The notes: a model not told the origin generated them from the letters alone. A stretch of 64,000 bases of DNA from Mobula hypostoma (GCF_963921235.1 NC_086101.1:6326001-6390000); one strand, 5' to 3'. Shown: positions 49,770-62,389, counted from the first letter of the stretch. Translations and numbers: made by a program.

Positions 49770-50963
49770 TCAACCCGAAACACGGACTGTCTATCTCCCT
49801 CCACTCAACCTGAAACACGGACTGTCCATCTCCCTCTACTTAACCTGAAACACGGACTGTCCATCTCCCTCCACTCAACCTGAAACACGGACTGTCCATC
49901 TCCTTCCACTCAACATGAAACGTGGACTGTCCATCTCCCTCCACTCAACCTGAAACACGGACTGTCCATCTCCCTCCACTCAACCTGAAACACGGACTGT
50001 CCATCTCCCTCCACTCAACCTGAAACACGGACTGTCCATCTCCCTCCACTCAACCTGAAACACGGACTGTCCATCTCCCTCCACTCAACCTGAAACACGG
50101 ACTGTCCATCTCCCTCCACTCAACCTGAAACACGGACTGTCCATCTCCCTCCACTCAACATGAAACGTGGACTGTCTATCTTCCTCCACTCAACCTGAAA
50201 CGTGGACTGTCTATCTCCCTCCACTCAACCCGAAACACGGACTGTCTATCTCCCTCCACTCAACATGAAACGTGGACTGTCTATCTCCCTCCACTCAACC
50301 TGAAACGTGGACTGTCTATCTCCCTCCACTCAACCTGAAACACGGACTGTCTATCTCCCTCCACTCAACCTGAAACGTGGACTGTCCATCTCCCTCCACT
50401 CAACCTGAAACGTGGACTGTCTATCTCCCTCCACTCAACCTGAAACACGGACTGTCCATCTCCCTCCACTCAACCTGAAACACGGACTGTCTATCTCCCT
50501 CCACTCAACCTGAAACACGGACTGTCCATCTCCCTCCACTCAACCTGAAACACGGACTGTCCATCTCCCTCCACTCAACATGAAACACGGACTGTCCATC
50601 TCCTTCCACTCAACCTGAAACACGGACTGTCCATCTCCCTCCACTCAACCTGAAACGTGGACTGTCCATCTCCCTCCACTCAACCTGAAACACGGACTGT
50701 CCATCTCCCTCCACTCAACCTGAAACGTGGACTGTCCATCTCCCTCCACTCAACCTGAAACGTGGACTGTCTATCTCCCTCCACTCAACCTGAAACACGG
50801 ACTGTCCATCTCCCTCCACTCAACCTGAAACACGGACTGTCTATCTCCCTCCACTCAACCTGAAACGTGGACTGTCTATCTCCCTCCACTCAACCTGAAA
50901 CACGGACTGTCTATCTCCCTCCACTTAACCTGAAACGTGGACTGTCCATCTCCCTCCACTCAA
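49770..50963 (+). repeat. 35-bp minisatellite, about 34 copies
   Basis: Unit CCACTCAACCTGAAAC(AC/GT)GGACTGT(CC/CT)ATCTCCCT; register identical at 49801, 50221, 50641. Confidence 0.97.
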
Positions 50964-51175
50964 GCTGCATTTTGTGTGTTGATCAGTAAAACTCCATTCT
51001 CCATCCCGGAGGGAAAACATGGGGGAGATACGGGTTGTCCATCCCTGGAGTTGAGTTAACCACAGTGCCTGAGACTCAGCGGCCTCTCCCTGGTCCAGGG
51101 ACCGTACTGCCTGTCCCCGCCCCCTCCCCTCCACCGATCCCGAGGGACTCTCTAATTCTCTGCTTTTCCCCCCAG

Positions 51176-51705
51176 TCTCTGTCACCCTGGATGTGGAAAC
51201 GGTGCATCCAGAGCTCGAGGTGTCTGAGGATCGGAAGAGTGTGAGATGGACCGAGACCCGGAGGAATCTCCCTGACACCAGGCAGAGGTTCACAGACTGG
51301 TTTTGTGCGCTGGGATCGGAGGGATTTACAGAGGGGAGACATTACTAGGAGGTGGAGGTGATGGGGAATCAGCCTTGGATGCTGGAAGTTGCCGCAGAGT
51401 CTGTGGAGAGGAAATGAAGGTTCAGCCTGAGTCCAGTGACCGCATTCTGGATCATCTGGCATTTTAGTCAAATAATCAGGGTTCTCACTGTCCCTGAATC
51501 CCATCTCCCCGCTGTTCCCATCCTCGGGAGGGTAGGAGTTTATCTCCGTTCCGAGTCCGGGACAGTTTCATTTCACTATGCGGAAATCAAGTCCTATCTC
51601 TACACCTTCACTGGGAATAAATTCACGGAGAAACTTTATCCTTACTTCTGGACTTGGATTGAAAACTAGTGGCTGAGAATCTGCTCTAGTTCTGCATCAA
51701 AACTG
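51176..51705 (+). pseudogene. TRIM-C B30.2 exon with three in-frame stops
   Basis: VTLDVETVHPEL..GRHY*EVEV..RK*RFSLSP..RVGVYL..LYPYFW..N*WLRIC. Confidence 0.92.
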
Positions 51706-53541
51706 ACAGCATGAAAATCAATTTCTCCATTTTTCGGCAATTTTTCCCCTCCCAATTCTTTCTTCTTCATTGGCTCTTAACTCTTCTCCTCACCTACCTA
51801 TCCCCACCCTCGGGTGGCCCTCCTCATTTCCTTTCTCCCAAGATCCACTCTCCTTTCCTATCAGTTTCCTTCTTCTCCAGCCATTTAGTTTGCCTTTTCC
51901 ACATCACTTCCCAATTTGTTACTTTCCAAATTGAAAAAGTTAGTGTGTGAGGGCCGGAGGCAGGGATAGGCCTGTGTTCAGCTCGCTGCTCCTAGAAGTT
52001 TCCTCATCTCTGCGCTGAACAGAGGCAACTAACTGGCTCATGGATCGGCTGTGAAAGGCTTCATAGCTGTGGTCTCACTTTCGTGAACTTGAGATCGGAA
52101 TGTTACTTTCATTATTTGCACGATTTTTTTCCTTCTCTACGCCGTGGATGTATGATGTTCTTCTTTTTGTGATGGGTTCCTTTGGTTTCATTTGTTTTGT
52201 GGTTGCCTGTAAGGAGACGAATCTCAAGGTTGTGTCGTATACATACTTTGATAGTAAATGTACTTTGAACTTCACCCCCACCCCCAGCTTCACCTATCAC
52301 CTTCTGACTTGTGCTCCTTCTCCTTGCCTGTTAATTTACCTCATCCCTCCCCCTTCAGGTTTCACCTATCACCATCCCCTTTTTCCTCTCTCACTTTATA
52401 TCCTTGCCAGCCCATCGACTCCCTCTGGCGCTCCTGCATGGCCTTCTGTCTCTTTCACCAATCAACTTCCCAGCTCTTTACTTCGTCCCTCCTCCTTCAG
52501 GTTTCACCTGTCACCTTGTGTTTCTTCTCCCCCTCCCCCACCCTTTAAACCTACTCCAGCCTTTTTTATTCTCCAGTCCTGCCGAAGGGTTTCAGCCCAA
52601 AATGTCGACTGTACTCTTTTCCATGGATGCTGCCCGGCTGGCTTAGTTCCTCCAGCATTTTGTGTGTGTTGCTTGGATTTCCAGCATCTGCAGATTTTCT
52701 CCTGTTTGTGGTTGTTAATAAGAGAGGTCAGAGGGGAATGATTAAGCTGACAGGAAGATGACAGTAACTCCGATAACCACGTGTTACAACAGTGATGTGC
52801 AGCAGAGCATCTCTGGGTGCACAAAATGTCAAACCTTGAAGTGGATGAGCTTTCGCAGCAAAACAAAATACCCCACATTGGGTTCCACTCTTGTACCTAA
52901 TAAAGTAGCCACTGAATATACATTGAAACATCAAAACAGAGAAACGTGTCCTTTGTATCAACATGTACTCCTTCACTTTGCCCATCTCCAGTACCAGAGG
53001 GCATGGTTTAAGAATAAGGGGTAGGTCATTTAGGACAGAGTTGAGGAAGAACTTCTTCTCCCAGAGAGTTGTGGAGGTGTGGAATGTGCTGCCTCAGAAG
53101 GCAGTGGAGGCCAATTCTCTGGATGCTTTCAAGAAGGAGCTAGATAGGTATCTTATGGATAGGGAAATCAAGGGTTATGGGGACAAGGCAGGAACCGGGT
53201 ATTGATAGTAGATGATCAGCCATGATCTCAGAATGGCAGTGCAGGCTCGAAGGGCCGAATGGTCTACTTCTCCACCTATTGTCTATTGTATCTTCCTATT
53301 CTGGCTTCTTCCCCCTTCCTTTCCAATCCTGATGTAGGGTCACGGCTCTATAGATGCTTCCTGACCTGCCGCGATCCTGCAGTATTTTTCCTGTGTTGCC
53401 AAAGGCTTGCATTATTTCTTCCTGCTGTTAGGGTGAGTTTTTGGGTAGATGATTCATTTACACTTAAATAACTCTGGCCACCAGCCTTCTGTTTGACAAA
53501 GTACAGTGGACTGAGTTCACAACAACGCATTTCCTAAAAGC

Positions 53542-53981
53542 TGTGAATATCGGGATACTAGCCAGACGCTGCGGGTGGAAGTGTGAAGTTTACAGGTAGT
53601 TTGGAAGACAGCATTATCTATACTTCATAGATATGAATTGCCTTCTATGTTAGCACGTGAAATGCCAAATAAATGTATTGTGGATTTAACTTGTATTCCT
53701 AAAAACTGCGGATACCAACCCAGACATGTCGGCGTCAGAAGGAAAGGAAGAAGGTGTGATGTTTTGTATGTAGCTTCAAAAGGAAGCATTGTCTATAACT
53801 TTTTAAGTAGCGATTGCATTTGTGTTTAGCATATAAATATCGAGCCCACATTGGGCTAGCAGACCTTTCTACCGAAAGCGTCTCTGTCCGTATGATGCCT
53901 GCTGTACTTTGTTGTGTCGAATAAAGAAGCTGCTTTGTATCTACCAGTAACTCTGTCTCTCCAGTGATTTCATTCACGCCA
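53542..53981 (+). mobile_element. Solo LTR candidate (440 bp)
   Basis: TG...CA ends with tgtgaat/attcac inverted termini, TATAAAT at ~53832, AATAAA at ~53920, flanks AAGC/GAGC. Confidence 0.55.
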
Positions 53982-54819
53982 GAGCACTGTTATATTTACA
54001 GTATTATGAATAAAGTTTATTTTTAAAAAAGCTGATTCTACTCTAGGATGGGCGGACGGAGATGTCAGAGGTAAGTTTTTATTTTACAGAGAGAGCAGTG
54101 AATGCATGGAATGCCCTGCCGGGTTGGTGGTAGAGGCAGACACATTAGAGATCTGACTCGCTCAACCTTACCTCATCACCTCGCTCTCTACTCCAGGCAG
54201 CATCGTGGTAAATCTCCTCTGCACCCTCTCTAAGATAGGAGACTCTTAGATAGGAGCATGGTTGATAGAGATATGGAGGGTTTTGTGGGACGGAAGGGTT
54301 AGAAGGTTAAAGTGTTGGAACAGCATTGTTGGCTGAAGGGCCTCTACTCAGCTATAATGTTCGATATTCTGTGTTCTGAACCAATCACTTCTTTCACATC
54401 CCCTTCCTGGTGCTGCTGCCTCATTCTTGAAACATTAATTTTAGTTCTTCAGTTATAGTTGATTCAGCATTTCTTTATATTGTTTAATCAAGCATTCTTG
54501 TTAATTTTAATAATTCATTATAGGTTATATCTATAAATAGGATAACAGATACATCATGTCGCTAGCACATCATACATGCGCACCTTGATTAAAGTAACAA
54601 CCAAAGTTAGACTCGCATTCCCAGCTCCGACTTTTTCTTGCAATTAGCTAACAAAACACAACACCATATATACCGTTTGTTCTGTGAACTTCACCTGTAA
54701 AGTAAATTTAACTTTGCCCAGGTGTATATGACAATAGACCAATCTGAATCTGAATCCAGAACTTTAGACAAATACTTTTACCCAGCAAAATTTCAGAGCA
54801 GAACATTTGGGGTGTAAGA

Positions 54820-55720
54820 CTGTAAGACAAAGGTGCATAATTAGGCCATTTGGCACATCGAGTCTGCTCCACCATTCCATTAATGCTGATCCATTTCCCT
54901 CTTAACCCCATTCTCCTGCCTTCCCCTGTGTCCCTTCATTCCCTGAATAATCAAGATCCTATCAACTTCTGTGTTAAACGCCAATAACTTGGCCTCCACA
55001 CCCACCTGTGGCAACAAATTACACAGATGCACCAAACTCTAGCTAAAGGAATTTCTCCTTGTCTCTGTTCCAAATGGACATCCCTCTATTCTGGGGCTGT
55101 GCCCATTGGACCTAGACTCCCTCACCTTTCATCATTTGAGATTTCTCCCCCCCCCCCCCGCCATTCTCTAAGTTCCAGCAAATATAGGCCCAGTTTCATC
55201 AACCACTCCTCATACGATAAGCCCTTCATTCCTGGAATTATTCTCTTGAACTTCCTCTGAATCCTCTCCAATGTCACTACATCCTTTCTAAGATAAGCAG
55301 CCCAAAACTGCTCACAATACACCATGAGACCCACCAGTGCCTTAAAAAGCCTCAAAATTACATCCTTGCTTTCATATTCCAGTCCTCTTTAAATAAATGC
55401 TGATGTTACATTTGCTTTCTTCACCACTGACTCAACCTGCAAATTAACCTTCAGGGAATCCTGCGAGACAACTTCCAAGACCCTTTGCATCTTGGATTTT
55501 TTGAATTTTCTCCCTATTTAGAAAACAGTCAATGCTTTTATACCTTTGACCAAAGTGCATGACCATACACTCCCCACAACTGTATTCCATCTGCCATTTC
55601 CTTGTCCATTCCCCTATTCTATCTAAGCCTTCCCATTTCCTCAACATTACCTGCCCCTCCACCTATCTTCATATCATCCACAACTGTGGCCACAAAGCCA
55701 ACAATTCCATCATCCAAACG
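54820..55720 (-). mobile_element. Old CR1 RT/3' fragment
   Basis: WQMEY...MHFG, YCEQFWA.YLRKDV, LSYEE. Confidence 0.8.
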
Positions 55721-56809
55721 ACTGACTTACGAAGAAAGAGAAAAGGGCCTGATTCTGTGCTGTGGTACACAATGACTCTATTAAAGATCGGCTTTATTGT
55801 CACATGTATCATCTGTGTAACTGGAGTTTTATCTGTCTTTATTAAACTGTTTGTTCCCAACATATATTTGACTTAAACCAAATTCAGTTTATAAATTTGA
55901 GTGTCAGAAAAATCAGAACTTTATTTACTCTCACAGTTACTGCAGAGAACAGGGAAGAGAAGACAGCCACTTGATGGGCCAAATGGCCTACTTCTGCTCC
56001 TATATCTTATGGTCTTAAACATACAGCAGACAAAGCTGTAAAATTGTCGGCTGAGCTGAATTCAGAATCAGGCCATGAAATTTGTTGTCATTGCAGCAGC
56101 AATATAATGTTATACATAATAATAGAGGAAAAACTGTGAATTACAGGGAGTATATATATTAAATGAGCAGTGCAAAACTAGAAATTAAAAACCAGTGAGG
56201 TGCTGAGGTACAGGGCACTTTTCAGTGGGAAAAGGAAATAACATTTGACTCACAGCTGAAGAGGAGGGAAAAAAATAGACAACTACAAATAATTCTGGAC
56301 ATCAGGAATTTTCACGAAAAAGAAATCTGAACAGTTTCACTCTGGCCAATGTAGCAAAAGGGTTAAATACAGAGAAGCACAGATTGTTGGCATTTACCGA
56401 GCAAAGTCAGTTGGAACCATTTTGTTCAAAAGAGCATTGTTAAAGAATTACTAGAAGTAAAGGCAAGGCATTAGAATGCTTATGACATCAGCAAACGAGT
56501 TCAAGATCAAGTTTATAGTCATCTGACTGAATATATATGCGACAAAACAATGTTCCTCTGCCCCCGGTGCACCCACAAAATATATATCAAGCACACCACA
56601 TAAGCAAAATCTTACCAGAATGGAGGTGGTAAAATATACGTAATTGAGAACTAAATAAAATTCAAAGTTTCCGCTTCTGTTGCAGTTGTACAACGAGCCT
56701 GCACATTTGCAATAGCGTGTTCAGTTTTGGAAAGATGTAATTAATCTGGAAAGTGATAAGAGCGGATTTATGAGACTGTCACTGGGACTGGTGGGATTGG
56801 GGAGTTTTG

Positions 56810-57440
56810 CTAAGTCACCAAGGACTCCATCAAGTTTCTTAAGGTGTACAGTACAGTGCAGAGCGTTCTGACTGGCTATATCAGTGTCTGGTCGGGAGGA
56901 GCCACTGCACAGGACTGGAAATGGGTGCTGAGGGTTGCAAACTCGCCCAGCTCCCGCATGGGCACCAGCCTTCCGCAGCTCCAAAGACATCTTTGACAGG
57001 CGATGCCACAAAAGGGTGGCATCAAGGATTCCCATCGCCCAGGACATGCTCTCCTCTCATCACAAACATCAGGGAGGAGGTACAAGAGCCTGAAAACACA
57101 CACTCAGATGTTTTAGGAACAGATTCTTCACTCCCGCCATCAGATTTCTGGGCAACACTCTCAACACGTTGGAGGAACTCAGCAGGTCGGGCAGCACCTG
57201 TGGAAACGATCAGTCAACGTTTCGGCCGGAACCCTTCATCAGTCCTGATGCTGCCTGACCTGCTGAGTTCCTCCAGCGTGTTGTGAGTGCTGCTTTGACC
57301 CCAGCATCTGCAGAGTATTTTGTGATCAGATTTCTGAAAAGTCCATGAACTCTTGCTCTGTTTTTGCACGACTTATTTAATTTTAATTTATTTTCCATAT
57401 TGTAATTTATATTTTTATATATTGCACGGTGCAACAAATT
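56810..57440 (+). mobile_element. Rex1 3' fragment containing a mini-Penelope insertion
   Basis: Rex1 C-terminal motifs; TSD ATCAGATTTCTG at 57139-57150 and 57325-57336. Confidence 0.75.
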
Positions 57441-57507
57441 TCATGCTCCTCATCCCTTTTTTTCTTTTTTCCATGGCCTTTTCGATTTCCATCTCCCTGA
57501 CCTGTAT

Positions 57508-58860
57508 CAGCCTGCCCCTTACTTCTCCCCCTCCCCTCTCCTTCCCTCCTCCTCCTCCTCTCCCCCTTACCCTCCTCCTCTCCCCCTTCCCCCTCCCCCT
57601 CCTCCTCTCCCCCTCCCCCTCCTCCTCCTCTCCCCTTCCCCCTCCTCCTCCTCTCCCCCTCTCCCCTTCCCCCCTCCTCTCCCCCTCCCCCTCTCCCCTT
57701 CCCCCTCCTCCTCTCCCCCTCTCCCCCTCCCCCTCTCCCCCTCTGCCCCTTCCCTCCTCCTCTCCCCTTCCCTCCTCCTCTCCCCCTTCCCCCTCCCCCT
57801 TCCCCTTCCTCCTCTCCCCTTCCCCTCCCCCACCTCTCCCCCTCCTCTCCCCCTCCTCCTCTCCCCCTTCCCCCCTCCCCCTCCCCTCTCCCCCTTCCCC
57901 CCTCCCCCCTCCCCCCTCCCCCTCTCCCCCTTCCCCCCTCCCCCTCCTCCTCTCCCCTTCCCCTCCCTCTCCTCCCCTCCTCTTCCCCCTCCTCCTCTCC
58001 CCTCCCCCCCTCCTCTCCCCCTCTCCCCCTTCCCCCCTCCTCTCCCCTTCCCCCTTCCCCCCTCCTCTCCCCCTTCCCCATTCCCCCCTCCTCTCCCCCT
58101 TCCCCCTCCTCTCCCCCTTACCCCTCCTCCTCTCCCCCTTACCCCTCCTCCTCTCCCCCTTACCCCTCCCCCTCCCCCTCCTCCCTCCTCTCCCCCTCTC
58201 CCCTTCCCCCTCCTCCTCTCCCCCTCTCCCCTTCCCCCTCCTCCTCTCCCCTTCCCCCTCCTCCTCTCCCCCTCTCCCCCTCTCCCCTTCCCCCTCCTCC
58301 TCTCCCCCTCTCCCCCTCTCCCCTTCCCCCTCCTCCTCTCCCCCTCTCCCCTTCCCCTCCTCCTCTCCCCCTCTCCCCTTTCCCCCTCCTTCTCTCCCCC
58401 TCTCCCCTTCCCCTCCTCCTCTCCCCCTCTCCCCTCCTCTTCTCCCCTTCCCCCTCCTCCTCTCCCCCTTCCCCCTCCTCCTCTCCCCCTCTCCCCCTTC
58501 CCCCTCCTCCTCTCCCCCTTCCCCCTCCTCCTCTCCCCTCCTCCTCTCCCCCTCCCCCCTCCTCCTCTCCCCCTTTCCCCTCCTCCTCTCCCCCTCCCCC
58601 TTCCCCCTCCTCCTCTCCCCCCTCCCCCTTCCCCTTCCTCCTCTCCCCCCTCCCCCTTCCCCCTCCTCCTCTCCCCCCTCCCCCTTCCCCTCCTCCTCTC
58701 CCCCCTCCCCCTTCCCCCTCCTCCTCTCCCCTTCCCCTTCCCCCTCCTCCTCTCCCCTTCCCCTTCCCCTTCCCCCTCCTCCTCTCCCCTTCCCCTTCCC
58801 CTTCCCCCTCCTCCTCTCCCCCTTCCCCCTCCTCCTCTCCCCCTTTCCCCTCTCCCCTCC
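57508..58860. repeat. Polypyrimidine/polypurine low-complexity tract (~1.35 kb)
   Basis: Almost only C and T on the plus strand (cctcctctccccctt-type units). Confidence 0.97.
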
Positions 58861-59300
58861 CATCCCGTTCTCCCGAGCGGATAGACTTGCCGATCCGGCT
58901 CCAGGACGAGGCAGTCTCCGCCGGAGCCATCTTCGGGGACCGGGTCCGGGGCTGCGGGTCTCCCTTTCACGGACCCCCGCTGGGAAATAGGAAACTGGCC
59001 CCGCGGTGAAATGTTCCTGAACCTCGCTCACCCTCAATCCCGGGAGCGGCCGCTTCCACTCCGGCCGGAGCCTCCTCCGAGCAGAACTCCCTGCCCGCTC
59101 CTCGAGGGGTAGTTTGTAACGTGCAGAAGGAAGGTTGCAAACTTTTCAAAAACAACATAGTAAGTGGAAGGACGAGTGGAAACCTGCAGCGAAGTGGATA
59201 GGCCGCGAAGGATGGGGATGAATCAGACCAGGAACCGGCCCTCCACGCCCACGACGTTGTTCAGCTGTCGGAGTGGGAGGTTAATTTTCCTGTGATTGAT
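58861..59300. promoter_or_regulatory. CpG island, probable promoter/first exon
   Basis: GC- and CpG-rich unique sequence (GCGGCCGC, many CCGG), YY1-like GCCATCTT, GGAAATAGGAAACT. Confidence 0.65.
59212..59279 (+). CDS. Putative first coding exon of an unidentified gene
   Basis: ATG GGG ATG...GGG AG|gttaat; the phase-2 end matches the phase-2 start of exon 62051; donor is weak. Confidence 0.3.
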
Positions 59301-59634
59301 TCGGTTACGCAGAGTGTTGAGTCCATTTTTTTAACACTTGGGCTGTAATTGCGCCTATTATTTGTTAACGTGTTTGTGGTAATGATACTTTATGTAACTT
59401 TACACCGTGCAGTTGGAACCTGGATTTCCTCACTTGCAGGCTCCAGTCAGTTCGGATCGGCAAAATAAAAAACATCTCCCCCACAATCTCCATCAGCACA
59501 GGAGCACCACGGGGAACTGCGCTTAGCCCCCTGCTCCGTTCACCGCAGACGAGATGTACCCCAGGCTATTTGGTGCGGCTGTAATGAAACCCAATTTCCG
59601 TCGGGATCAATAAAGTATATCTATCTATCTATTT

Positions 59635-61035
59635 TGGGAGGCCAGGGAGGAGATTGCTGAGCCTCTGGCGATAATCTTTGCATCATCGATGGGGACCGCA
59701 GAGGTTCCGGAGCATTGGTGGGTTGCGCAAGTTGTTCCATTATTCAAGAAAGGGAGTAGAGATAGCCCTGGAAATTATAGACCAGTGAGTCTTACTTCAG
59801 TGGATGGTAAGTTGATAGAGAAGATCCTGAGAGGCAGGATTTATGAACATTTGGGGAGGCATAGTATCATTAGGAATAGTCAGAATGGCTTTCTCAAAGG
59901 CCGGTCGTGCCTTACATGCCTGCCTGAATATTTTGAGGATGTGACTAAACATATTGATGAAGGTAGAGCAGTAGATGTAGTGTATATGGATTTCAGAAAG
60001 GCAATTGACAAGGTATCCCATGCAAGGCTTATTGAGAAAGTAAGGAGGCATGGGATCCAGAACTGGCTTGCTCACAGAAGGCAAAGAGTGGTTGTAGACG
60101 GGTCATATTCTGCATGGAGGTTGGTGACAAGTGATGTGCCTCAGGGCCCTGTTCTGGGACCCTTACTCTTCGTGATTTTTATAAATGACCTGGATGAGGA
60201 AGTGGAGGGATGGGTTAGTAAGTTTGCTGATGACACAAAGGTTGGGGTGTTGTGGATAGTGTGGAGGGCTGTCAGAGGTTACAGCGGGACATTGATGGGA
60301 TGCAAAACTGGGCTGAGAAGTGGCAGATGGAGTTCAACCCAGATAAGTGTGAAGTAGTTCATTTTGGTAGGTCAAATATGATGGCAGAATATAGTATTAA
60401 TGGTAAGACTCTTGGCAGTGTGGAGGATTAGAGGGATCTTGGGGTCCAAGTCCATAGGACACTGAAAGCTGCTATGCAGGTTGACTCTGTGGTTAAGAAG
60501 GCATACGGTGCATTGGCCTTCATCAATCGTGGAATTGAATTTAGGAGCTGAGAGGTAATGTTGCAGCTATATAGGACCCTGGTCAGACCCCACTTGGAGT
60601 ATTGTTCTCAGTTGTGGTCGCCTCACTGCAGGAAGGATGTGGAAGCTGTAGAAAGGCTGCAGAGGAGATATACAAGGTTGTTGCCTGGATTGAGGAGCAT
60701 GCCTTATGAAAACAGGTTGAGTGAACTCGGCCTTTTCTCCTTGGAGCGACGGAAGATGAGAGGTGATCTGATAGTGGTGTGTAAGATGATGAGAGGCACT
60801 GATTGTGTGGATAGTCAGAGGCTTTTTCCCAGGGCTGAAATGGTTGCCACAAGAGGACACAGGTTTAAGGTGCTGGGGAGTAGGTACAGAGGAGATGTCA
60901 GGGGTAAGTTTTTTACTCAGAGAGTGGTGAGTGCGTGGAATGGGCTGCCAGCAACGGTGGTGGAGGCGGATACGATAGGGTCTTTTAAGAGACTTTGTGG
61001 GCCGAAGGACCTGTATTGTGCTGTAGGTTTTCTAC
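59635..61035 (+). mobile_element. CR1 RT/3' fragment
   Basis: [32 protein letters not shown]. Confidence 0.9.
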
Positions 61036-62050
61036 GCTTCTGGGTCTCCATTCAGCGTCTGCTGCTCCAGAGAAAAGAATCCAAGTGCAAAGCCGTGGCA
61101 GGTAATAGGTAAACGGTCCTGTGATTAGTTCGGGGTCGCCGGGCTGTGTGGCTCATTGGGCCGGAAGGAGCCGTTCCTCAATTTATCCCTGAATATATAA
61201 ATGTGGGAAATCCAGAGCAACACACAAAATCCCAGAGGAAGGAACTCTGCAGGTCAGGCAGCATCTACGGAGGGGCATATCCAGTTGGTGTTTTGGGCCA
61301 AGACCCAGTGAGACACACGGTCAAGCACTTTTCATTGGCACCAGTCACACTCTAGTATTTCAAAATGATTTTATTGGACAATAACAAGGCAATGCAGAAA
61401 TAATGTACAAACAATCCTCAAAAAAAAAGTTAAAAATAAAAGGTAACAAGTTGAGGGAAATGGCTTCATAGGTAATCATCATGTACAGTGGAAATTGTTC
61501 AATACCTGTCTGTGCAGAATATCTCATAGAACCACTGTCCATTGGATCTGATGGTCAGCTTCACTCACCCCAGCGTTCACTCATCCGCAGACCACCCTTC
61601 GAAGCAACAGATGTAGCTATCACCAAGCTGCTGGCTCTGTACTGTTTTCTGTTTACCTGCATTCCTTTTGAATTATACTTTAGGAACTTATGGCACTATT
61701 TTGTTTTATGTGCTGTGTGGGTTTACCATGGTCTGGAGGAACATTGTTTCATTTGGTTGTATGCATGAACAGTCAGATGACAATAAACTTGAACATGAAC
61801 GGGGTGAAATAACCCTCTGCCTGGGAAACATGTTGACCCTTTAACATCAGAGTCAACATCAAAGGTTCTGCTGTGGTGGATAACGAGAGCTCCACACACA
61901 CACATTGCATTGGTATTGACTTAAGCAGCACTGAAACTCAATACAGTATATAACTAAGGATTATTTCCTGTCCCTTACTTGCAGATGGCAGTTTTGTTAG
62001 CTGAAAACATTTTACCATATCCTGAATAAAGGTATTCCTTTTGCCTTTAG

Positions 62051-62254
62051 CTCTGGCGGGGAGATGAGGAAAATGGCAGAGAATTCCCTGGAGTATGTCT
62101 TACTGGTGCAGAGAGGTAGTCAGGAGCAGTTCAGCATGGCAGATTGTACACAGACAGCCAGTCACTGGCATTCTGAGGTGTCAGGTTTGGAAGCAATGCT
62201 CAGGGTTCTGGCTCGTGCTCCAGGGGCTGCGGCTCTTTCCCCCAGAGACCAGAG
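62051..62254 (+). CDS. Putative exon of an unidentified gene (204 nt, phase 2-2)
   Basis: Acceptor ttccttttgcctttag, donor AG|gtgagg, open frame SGGEMRKMAENSLEYVLLVQ...SPRDQR, non-repetitive. Confidence 0.5.
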
Positions 62255-62389
62255 GTGAGGATCCAGGAGCCAGATAAGATGAGGTTGTGGCCTTTTCCCA
62301 AAATTGATCAGGGCAACAAGGGGCCAAGCTGGTAGCCAGTACCAGACACTCCTTCAACTTTCCCATAGGCTGTATTGTCCAGGAGTAAT

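Larger units (their letters stand above)
44626..51705 (+). pseudogene. TRIM-C: RBCC-B30.2 TRIM pseudogene
   Basis: Exon 1 44626-~45026 (10-nt deletion, TAG, donor lost); exon 2 45695-45791 (+1 A); exon 3 46181-46462 (TGA at 46322, 48-nt insert); exons 4-5 not found; exon 6 from 51176 with stops at 51346, 51415, 51667. Confidence 0.92.

Noticed and set aside
49770..50963. CRISPR-like array
   Set aside because: Head-to-tail units with no unique spacers, no cas genes, eukaryotic context
51061..51100. CACAGTG heptamer upstream of the TRIM-C B30.2 exon as a V(D)J signal
   Set aside because: No nonamer at 12 or 23 nt spacing and not conserved in A or B
52100..52741. 213-aa hydrophobic ORF
   Set aside because: Runs through LINE 3' UTR and Penelope terminal sequence; no domain signature
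58880..58930. Minus-strand first exon [13 protein letters not shown] with a possible GC donor
   Set aside because: Good Kozak context but no downstream minus-strand exon found; cannot be supported
57353..59037. 545-aa Pro-rich ORF and 540/467/256/224-aa Gly/Glu/Arg-rich ORFs
   Set aside because: Artefacts of a C/T-only tract that cannot contain stop codons
62190..62254. GoLoco motif suggested by the terminal DQR
   Set aside because: Spacing and residues do not fit the GoLoco consensus
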